Shown: piece after piece, positions 28,063 to 36,800 of the stretch
Position numbering within the stretch: the first letter of the stretch is position 1
Layout of the letters: each line of letters begins with the position of its first letter
Source: an uncultured virus (IMG/VR IMGVR_UViG_3300021963_000039)
Taxonomy: Duplodnaviria; Heunggongvirae; Uroviricota; Caudoviricetes
DNA length: 64,000 nt
Strand: one strand, 5' to 3'
IMG/VR virus record: IMGVR_UViG_3300021963_000039
Notes under the pieces: generated by a model
Seen by the model: the letters and a program-made list of their open reading frames with translations, nothing else
Told to the model about the DNA's origin: nothing
The model's database searches: none
Position numbers and translations under genes: made by a program

Positions 28063-28329
28063 TTCGTATGAATACATAATAACCCCTCTGCGGGAAAACC
28101 ACAAGAGGGGGTTGTGCCAGTTTCTTAAGTGTTCTTTAAGGGCTTAGAGTATTATCTTCAACGGAGACAAAGGTAGTCTAGCAGTATTTGGGAGTTATGT
28201 CAAGCCTATCGATCTTAATGTGAATTATTCGTACATGATGTTGATGGTGCCTTGGTCAAAGGTGTCGGGTCCGTTTAGGTGGACCGGGAACGTGATCCAC
28301 CTTTTGATGGGACTTTGGTTTGCCCATGA

Positions 28330-31300
28330 TTATTTAGCAACCCAACCAGTGTTTCCAGTGCCTGATTGTTTGACATATAGAGTGGTTGAAGCTCCTCCAT
28401 CACGTCTAGTTGCAATTGCGCCAACAGGGGCGGTAACTACACCTTCAGGAGAACCATTAATACCAAGCAAAGCATAAGGGGCAAGCGCATCAGTATTTCT
28501 GCCATAAAGAACAGTGGTTGCATTTACCCAGTTTGCATCTTGAGGAGTAGATCGAATCGCTGCTACATCTTTTGTGGTAGCTGTTGTATCCTTACCTTTG
28601 ATTCCAAAGCCTGCTTGCTTAGTAGTGTTATTGGCTGAAGACTTATTTTCAATAAAAACTTCAGAAAGACCGGACGTTGATGTGCGGGAAAATTCACCAA
28701 AACCACCAATAAAATTGTTTGTGCCGGAATCAAGAACACCAACCGAGCAAGAAATAAATTTATTATCTTGAACGGTAGCGTTAGATGTGCCAGCAGATAA
28801 AATTATAGCCGAATCAAAAAGCCTAAACAAATTATTGGCAACAATACTTTCGGTTGTGGCAGTATTTATGCTGTTTAAGAAAACACCATTTGCAGAAATA
28901 CCAGTGGTAAGATTTTGAAAGATGTTATCTACAATAATACTCTCAAAGGGATTAGCACCGCTAGTTAAATCAAGCCCGGTATAGCCGGTGACGTTAGCCT
29001 CCACTCCACCTTGAGCGTAAAACAAGTTGCCTTGGATTATCTGTTGCAGATAATTGACAGAGTTTACTCCTCTAAGATCTGTATTAAAGTGCGACGCGGT
29101 AATGCAAATTAGTGGTTCAAGAGTTGAGCTAGTGGCAGAAACACCAGTATTGCAAGCAATGACAGTACAATTTGTTATATAAACACCTTCAGTTGGACCC
29201 TGAATATCTACTCCAGTTGTGCAGAAATACACTTGAACTTTATCAAGCATAATTTCAACAGGGTCACTACTACCGTAAATAGCAACACCTGTTCCGCTAA
29301 GAATTGGTGATGCATCACGGTCCCCAAGAATACGGACATTTTCAATGGTAACGTTTCGTGCATTAGTTAGTTTAATGCCTTCAACAAATCCACCGGCTGA
29401 GTTTGTACCTGTGATTTCGCAGTCACGAATAATTAGTGTTTTGGATGTACCGCCAGATCCTCCTGTCCAAGAAGCATCAACAACTGCTTTTGCTGCATAG
29501 GTAGGGCATTCAAAAGACAGGCGTTCAATATGTAGTTGGCTAGTATTGTACTCATCTCCGGCAGTACCACCAGTATATACAAAACTAGATGTCCCTTCCA
29601 TCTGTAGAATGGAGGAGGTCATGGTTTCGCCGTATAGGTAAGTATGACCTGAACGGGTTAAGTTGCTGGTTACACGATACCTACCAGCGGGAAAAAAGAT
29701 GGACGTGGTGCTAGATGTAAGTGCTGCCTGAATCGCAGATGTATCATCCGCCACCCCATTTCCAACCGCTCCGAAGTCCTTAACGGACACTACATCCTGG
29801 AGCTTGCTGTCAACGCTCCGAGATACAGCACCAGTACCAGACTGAAGGAAATTTATTGATGCAGTTAATATACCAGAGACTGATACATCTCCATAAAACT
29901 CACTATTTCCAACTACATAAAGAGTGGTATCGTCATCCTGAATATTTGTGGTTCCTATGCCAATATTACCAAAAATAGCACCAGATTCCAAAGCGTCTAA
30001 TCCACTTCTAGCAGTACCAGTTCCAATACCAATTGAGCTAACTAATATATCATTAAAAGTTGATATTCCCGAAGTAATATTTAAATTACTACCGACATCT
30101 TCCGGTGGGAATATTTGAGATCCATCTGAGTTTAATATTTGAGATTTTCCTCCATAAACATAAAGAATATTAGCACTAACACTAGTTCCAGCTCCAGTAG
30201 CAGTAATATTTCCGGTGGCAGTAATATTTCCAGATAATGACAACGAAGAAGCACTTATACTTCCAGAAACCTGAAGTTTATTTGTAGGATTTGTAACTCC
30301 AATTCCAAGATTTCCTGCGTGGGTTAGAGTCATTAGATTACTAGCTGACGGACCATGGAACCAATTAAAGGACCCTGTTGTTCCGGTAGAATTGAGTTGT
30401 AAATAATTATTAATATTTCCAGTATCATAATTAACAATATCTAATGTTTTTGAATTACTATATGGATATAACCCAGAGGTATTTCCATATATAAGAGCAC
30501 CATTACTTCCAATAAGTGTAGTACTTCTACCTACAGCAATTATTGCCTCTGCGGTATCACTTGTAACTTGTAATCTAGATTGCCCCGGTCTTCTAATGTG
30601 AATATTGCCAGAGGGAAAATTAGTTCCAACTCCAATAGATTCGGCATAAAGTCTTGTAGATACTGTTGATACTCCAATTGAAGAAGTTTGTGATTGAATA
30701 TCTGCAATATTTACTCTGGCGTTAGAGGTTAAATCTCTCGCTGTGCTGGCAATACCAACTAGACCTCCAACAAATGTAGGTGCGGTTATAATACCAGTGG
30801 GGGCAAAAATACCAGCAGAAGTAATAGTAATCGCACTACCAACAGTAAGATTTGAGTTAATAGTAACTCCACCACCAACAGTAAGATTTGATATTGATGT
30901 AATGCCGAGAGTGGCAACTCCTGTATTGTTTAGGTTGGTACTTGTTAATGAAGTGATAATTCCAGAAGATGCCGTGAGTATTCCAGTAATACTGATACTT
31001 TGTGGTAATCTAGAATTACTTAAAGTACCATTAGTGATATTCGTAGCATTAATTCCTTGTATATTTGTTCCAAATCCACTAAATGAATATGCCGTGACTA
31101 CTCCGGTCGTCGCACTAATTCCAGCAAGAGTGGTGATTTGATATGGGGTATTTACAATATTAGAATTAAATTGTGCCGCATTACCCATATATGCGCTACT
31201 TAATGACTGATAGTGTAAAACTACTGGTGTTGTGTCCGTAACTATAATTTGAGTATGTGAACCAGAAGTTCCGGGAACTTCGGCAGATGTAGTTACATTT

Positions 31301-31998
31301 GTGGTATATAAAGTTGTTTTATCTGCTTCGAGATAGAAACGAAGTGGATGTCCACTATTAGAAGCATCACTTTGATCAAAACGGTATGTTTTTCCAGGAA
31401 GAAGTGTCAAAAATGGAGATTCGATACCATCAATAAAATACGCATTTGCAGATCCAGATCCAGTATAGCGATGATTTGATGTTTTGGACGCAACCTTAAC
31501 GCTAAAAGTTTTAATCGCAGAACTTTCTGTTCCAACTAGAACTTGATGCCCACCAAAACCCAATGCGGTTACGATACCAGAAACTTTAACATCACCAACA
31601 ACATCTAATTGTGATCTTGGAAGTGTGGTTCCAATACCAACTTTATAAGTGGTAGAAATATTTCCGGCATTAACAATCCATCCATCAACCGCAACTTGCT
31701 CAACATTAAGCAAGTTACTACCGTCACCATAAAATGCCGTGGCACTTACGATTCCTGTAGAGGAATAAAGAGCAACCCCAGAACCAATCTTTACATCGCT
31801 ATAAAAAGTAGAAACTCCGGTGACTGCCAGATTTCTAGCTGTGACTAGTCCGGTAATTTTTGCGGTTCCGTGAACATCAAGAAACTCTGTGGGAATTGAT
31901 GTTCCAATTCCAACAAGACCATTTGGATTTACAATAAAGTTGTCATCATCAACCTGAACTCCATTACGGAAATTAAATGACTTATTATAACTTGGCAT
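28330..31998 (-). CDS. Tail fibre/tailspike with C-terminal beta-helix (depolymerase-like)
   Basis: GIGT-rich cyanophage fibre shaft, then VSVKDFGAVGNGVADDTSAIQAAL (pectate-lyase-like start) and C-terminal GSPEGVVTAPVG...GTGNTGWVAK. Confidence 0.85.
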   Translation of the reverse strand: MPSYNKSFNFRNGVQVDDDNFIVNPNGLVGIGTSIPTEFLDVHGTAKITGLVTARNLAVTGVSTFYSDVKIGSGVALYSSTGIVSATAFYGDGSNLLNVEQVAVDGWIVNAGNISTTYKVGIGTTLPRSQLDVVGDVKVSGIVTALGFGGHQVLVGTESSAIKTFSVKVASKTSNHRYTGSGSANAYFIDGIESPFLTLLPGKTYRFDQSDASNSGHPLRFYLEADKTTLYTTNVTTSAEVPGTSGSHTQIIVTDTTPVVLHYQSLSSAYMGNAAQFNSNIVNTPYQITTLAGISATTGVVTAYSFSGFGTNIQGINATNITNGTLSNSRLPQSISITGILTASSGIITSLTSTNLNNTGVATLGITSISNLTVGGGVTINSNLTVGSAITITSAGIFAPTGIITAPTFVGGLVGIASTARDLTSNARVNIADIQSQTSSIGVSTVSTRLYAESIGVGTNFPSGNIHIRRPGQSRLQVTSDTAEAIIAVGRSTTLIGSNGALIYGNTSGLYPYSNSKTLDIVNYDTGNINNYLQLNSTGTTGSFNWFHGPSASNLMTLTHAGNLGIGVTNPTNKLQVSGSISASSLSLSGNITATGNITATGAGTSVSANILYVYGGKSQILNSDGSQIFPPEDVGSNLNITSGISTFNDILVSSIGIGTGTARSGLDALESGAIFGNIGIGTTNIQDDDTTLYVVGNSEFYGDVSVSGILTASINFLQSGTGAVSRSVDSKLQDVVSVKDFGAVGNGVADDTSAIQAALTSSTTSIFFPAGRYRVTSNLTRSGHTYLYGETMTSSILQMEGTSSFVYTGGTAGDEYNTSQLHIERLSFECPTYAAKAVVDASWTGGSGGTSKTLIIRDCEITGTNSAGGFVEGIKLTNARNVTIENVRILGDRDASPILSGTGVAIYGSSDPVEIMLDKVQVYFCTTGVDIQGPTEGVYITNCTVIACNTGVSATSSTLEPLICITASHFNTDLRGVNSVNYLQQIIQGNLFYAQGGVEANVTGYTGLDLTSGANPFESIIVDNIFQNLTTGISANGVFLNSINTATTESIVANNLFRLFDSAIILSAGTSNATVQDNKFISCSVGVLDSGTNNFIGGFGEFSRTSTSGLSEVFIENKSSANNTTKQAGFGIKGKDTTATTKDVAAIRSTPQDANWVNATTVLYGRNTDALAPYALLGINGSPEGVVTAPVGAIATRRDGGASTTLYVKQSGTGNTGWVAK

Positions 31999-32071
31999 CT
32001 TCCGGGTACATTTTTAGTTATTTATTAGTATAGTGAAGTTAGAAATTTAATAAGATCAACAGTTGATCTTA

Positions 32072-32689
32072 TTAAGGACAATAAAATATAAACTGAGACA
32101 TTGAATATCTACCATTTCCAATAAAAGTATTATTATCACAAAAAACATCATCTACTGAGTGGTTTACAAACGAAGGAAATATAATAGTCATATTATTCTT
32201 TATTTTTATTTTGTAGTCATAATCAGAAAAATGAAAATCACCACCAATAAAACATTTTGGTTCCTTAAAAAACCAAGTAATTGTAGTGTATATTGCATTA
32301 TCTGTATGAGGTTTATAATATGAATTATTCTCATAGTAACTTATAAGAGTTCTATCTTCATTTGTATGTTTTATTCCTTGGTATCCAAATGAAAGATCTG
32401 AAAAAGAATCAATTATTTCTGGAGAAAATAATTTTCTATTAATGGATAAAATATTTGATATTTCTCTTTTTGTATATATTTCTTCTAGAAATACTCCAGA
32501 ATTATTTTTTAAAATTATATTATTATTATTCGTAGCAGATCCAGTTTCTTCTGGAGAATTCAATTTGATTGGATGGGTTAAAAAATCTAATTCTTGCCAT
32601 ATTAGTTTCAATTCATTTTCATTGTACATATTTTCAATTTCCAAAAATGGAAATGGATTATAATTTTTAATTATAATTTGTTCTTTCAT
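32072..32689 (-). CDS. 2OG-Fe(II) oxygenase
   Basis: YYKPHTD (HxD), GGDF, FPS..NHSV and GRYS motifs. Confidence 0.88.
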   Translation of the reverse strand: MKEQIIIKNYNPFPFLEIENMYNENELKLIWQELDFLTHPIKLNSPEETGSATNNNNIILKNNSGVFLEEIYTKREISNILSINRKLFSPEIIDSFSDLSFGYQGIKHTNEDRTLISYYENNSYYKPHTDNAIYTTITWFFKEPKCFIGGDFHFSDYDYKIKIKNNMTIIFPSFVNHSVDDVFCDNNTFIGNGRYSMSQFIFYCP

Positions 32690-32729
32690 AATTATTCACA
32701 AGTATAGTTTATATTTAAAATAATCCTTA

Positions 32730-32799
32730 CACAAACTTCATTCTTGAAATTTAATGACTTATTGTAACTTGTCATCTTCCTGGTACATTTTTAGTTATT
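32730..32799 (-). repeat. Degenerate duplicate of the tail-fibre gene 5' end (partner ~31953-32022)
   Basis: AATAACTAAAAATGTACC(A/C)GGAAGATG identical apart from one base; encodes MTSYNKSLNFKNEV vs MPSYNKSFNFRNGV. Confidence 0.85.
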
Positions 32800-32815
32800 C
32801 GTTCAGTTTGATGTA

Positions 32816-33847
32816 TTAAGATATTTTGGTGTTATATTCTGGAGTACCACTATATCCATCAATTGTAACTCCAGTACCATCGTTTGTGATAATGATTCCA
32901 AATCCATTGGCACCAGGATCTCCACCTCTGGCGGCAGACTCATTACCAGTTCCACCACCCCCAGCCTGCTGATGATTTCCTCCTCCACCACCAGAACATT
33001 TATCAGGTACTAGTCCTCCTGCTCTACCACTACCACCAGAATTAATTCCTCCAGATGTACCAGCAGTGCCATCCGATTGAGTTCCTGATGTCCATCCGGT
33101 GGTATTTATATCACCTCCAGAGCCGCCGCCGCCGCCCGGAGAACCTTTACCGCCGCCACCGCCGCCACCCCCAGCTCGAAAAAAGCTAGATTGTCCCTTA
33201 CGGTTTCTATTGCGGGTGCTGGCGGATCCGCCGCCGCCGCCTCCACCAGTTCCACCTTGAATTGTTCCTCGATTTCTAATCGTAATTGGTTGATGATTTA
33301 CACCAATCGCGCTCGTTCCAAACGATCCATTACCACCGGGAACTCCTCCTCCTCCACCTCCACCATCCCCACCCTTACCGCCGGCACCACTTACAACACC
33401 ACTGGTTCCAATATCAAGTCTTAAATCAGTATTATCATCCCATCCTCCAGTTATTAACGAACAATATCGACGATTTGGAGCAGAACTGGCGGCAATATTA
33501 GATCCTATAGTTTCATTTGTATGAATCCAAACTTTAGATCCAAAACTCGATTCCGGACGAGTTTTATATCCTCCAATCACAGTCACATTATTATTCTCAT
33601 TATAAAGAGAACGAGCGGTGACTCTATTTCCACTACAATATACTACAATATTTAAACGTTTAGAATAAAAATTACTAAATCGAATAGTTCCTGATATTGG
33701 AATACCATCATCAAGAGCGTCTATAGTTAAATTGCCAATAGTTACGGGAGCAATTCGATAAGCACCCAAATTTCTGCCGGGAGGTACTCCAAACTCCTTT
33801 GTAATATCTGAGAAACGAATAGGATTGGGGGATGGGTCGATTGCCAT
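32816..33847 (-). CDS. Glycine-rich tail-fibre adhesin (T2/T6 gp38-like)
   Basis: Polyglycine motifs (GVVSGAGGKGGDGG, NRGTIQGGTGGGGGGG); follows a chaperone-bearing fibre. Confidence 0.65.
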   Translation of the reverse strand: MAIDPSPNPIRFSDITKEFGVPPGRNLGAYRIAPVTIGNLTIDALDDGIPISGTIRFSNFYSKRLNIVVYCSGNRVTARSLYNENNNVTVIGGYKTRPESSFGSKVWIHTNETIGSNIAASSAPNRRYCSLITGGWDDNTDLRLDIGTSGVVSGAGGKGGDGGGGGGGVPGGNGSFGTSAIGVNHQPITIRNRGTIQGGTGGGGGGGSASTRNRNRKGQSSFFRAGGGGGGGGKGSPGGGGGSGGDINTTGWTSGTQSDGTAGTSGGINSGGSGRAGGLVPDKCSGGGGGNHQQAGGGGTGNESAARGGDPGANGFGIIITNDGTGVTIDGYSGTPEYNTKIS

Positions 33848-33849
33848 TT

Positions 33850-36800
33850 TTACTTAATTCCTTTGAGTTCGTTAATTTCTGCTTTGAGTTCTTTAATCGC
33901 TTCAATTAGTAGTGGTACGAGTTTCTCATACTGAACTGTAATGTATTTAGAATCAACAGGAGCAGGTTTGACTGCTTCTGGAAGAACTGCCTGAACTTGT
34001 TGTGCCGATACACCAACATAAGTTATTTTGCCATCAAATCCAAGTGATTGACCGATTTCATTAAAATTATAAGTAAATCCATTTAGGGCAAGAACTTTAT
34101 CGAGTGCTTTTTCAAGAGGTTGGATATTTTCCTTTAACCTCTCATCAGAAACAAATGCAATAATATCACTTCCAACAGATAAATTATTACCATCAAAGGT
34201 TAAATTGGGAGAACCTGTCAAGGCATTATTAATATCTCGATATATAACTTGATTTGACGATCCGCCTATTACCGGCATGGTAATATTAACATTAGATGCT
34301 GATGTTATTCTTCCTTTGGAATCTACAGTAACAATACCAACTGTAGTAGAAGAACCATAAGTTCCTGCTATGACTCCAGTAGTGCTAAGTGTAGTGTCGA
34401 TAGTAACATTTTTACTTCCATCAAATGTGGTTCCAATACCAACACCAATTACATCACCACTAATATCAATCTCTCTTGGAGTTGCCAATTTAGTAGCAGT
34501 ATCCGCATTACCAGTAACAGCACCATTAAGAGCACCAACAAAAGTATTGGCATAAACATTATTCCATTCTCTAATAGTAGAACCTAGATTATAAGTTTCA
34601 GTTGTAGAAGGTAAAATATTAGAATTAACTCCGGCAGTAAAGGTTACTGTATCAGTATTAGCATCACCTAATGTTACATTACCATCAAATGTGGTTGCTC
34701 CAGTAACACCCAAAGTACTGGAAAGTGTAGTGGCACCAGTAACATTAAGTGTACCGCCAACATTTAAGTTCTTGGCAACTCCAACACCACCGGATACGAC
34801 TAGTGCCCCATTTGCGGTAGATGTTGAGTCTTGTTGATTACTAACTTTTAATTGATTCTTGGCGTTTACCGTATCATTAAACTTAATTTGCTTATTAAAT
34901 GTTACTGGACCATCAAACTGCGAAAGAACAGCACCAGAATTACCACCCTCAACAACAAGTCGTTCTTTAACCGTGACCTCATCAAATATGGCACTCAATC
35001 TCGAAGGATCTTCGCCGGTAACCGTTGGAATCGGATTATCATATGTGATTTCTTCACCGGTTGAAGATGATGTCTTGCGGTTGCCAATAAAGGAGTCTCC
35101 ATTATTATTCATACCAGTATAAACGACAATACCACCGGACCTTTCTTGAGACTGTACCAAGAACTCTTCTCTTTCTGTCAGAGTTATACTCTGAACTTGA
35201 GGTAGTCCGGTGGAATAGTTTCCGGGACCATATCCAAGATACTCAAAGGTATGCCCTGATGCTCTAACGATTGAGGGTCTTCTAAACTCAATTGGAATTG
35301 GTTTAATCTTTCGAACAAGTGACCCACTATCATGAGCGACTTGTTTTGTTGCGAGAACACCACGAATAACCGAGATTCCAACAGTACCACTAGATGGAGG
35401 AGTAGGATTACTACTCGAAACTCTCATAATCTCTTCGTCAATCTGAATATAAGACCCGAGTGGAAATCTCTTTGTAAGCGCCACATAAGTATTTGATACA
35501 GGAACTGTGGTGGTAGTAGTGCCAATTCCACTATTAGTAACAAGTGTTTCTTTATCAAAGAATGTAACACTTCTCGTTCCAAGATTTTCGGCATCAGAAT
35601 CAGAACTGGCACCATTTGCCGATAATCCGTGCTTCAGAATATATCCACCATTCACACTACCTATATCAGGTGTGAGTGCCGTAAATGAATCAATATCTAT
35701 TTTATCACTTACAACATAATCACCACGATTATTATTTGAGGAATCGATGACTCTAAACTTATTACCGGCGACCAATCCGTGAGGTGCGGAACAATTAAAG
35801 GTTCTTATTCCAACTGAAGAATCAATTGAAGAATAAGTGGTATTTGTAATTAGAACCGAAGGTCCGAGAACAAAGGCATATTGTGAATTTGTAACAACTG
35901 GGTCTCCTGTGGTCTTGGCAATAGAAATCTGATTATCTGCCGAAACTGCCGTAATTCTGTGATAAGTGTCAGAGGTTGTTCCGTCACCGGTAAACTGAAC
36001 CACATTACCAATCGCCGTTGTAATGCCGGATGTGGAAATTATATATCTGGCATTACTATCACCGTTACCCAGTTGAGTGCCAGTGCTTGATAATGCGGCA
36101 GACTCAAAGAATAGCGATTCTCCATTAGTATATCCAGAACCAGAAGAAACAATATCCGCCGAAATAATCCCACCTCCAGACACAACAACTCTTGCGGTTG
36201 CTCCTTTCCACGTTCCAGATGCCGAAACATTCAGAAGTTTAACATTTTGAAATGTTCCTTGATTTCCAGAACTAGAAGCATAATTTGCACCGCCGGTTAA
36301 AGTACTAAAAGTTACAATACCGGCAAGACCGTGCCTTCTAGCAAAAGTAATTGTCGCACTTGTTGTGGAATTAGAAACTCCAGAAATATCAAGACCAACA
36401 CCAAAAGATGTGAGTACAGTATTGATGGATTCTCTTGTAATACTCTTCTTAAGGTCGTTTGTGACTACTTCACCCAGAGGTGCTCGCTTGGCAAATGACT
36501 TAGCGGAAGGTGGATTGTCGTGAATATTATCTCTATCCAGTTGAGGATATAAATCAACGACATTTTGACTATATTTAATATTTGTAAACTCAGTTGGTAC
36601 TGCCCTATCAGAGATTAGAGCATAAATGTGATAAACACCATCCTGAATGCCCTCAATATATGGAGTAATTAATTCATTTCTGTAACTGTAAATATTAGAT
36701 TGTAAATTATTTCTTTCAAATCTTGGTGATGTAATTGTTCTGCTGGTTGTATTATTTGTAAATACAAGATTACTTCCATATGAATCTGGTGTTGTATATC

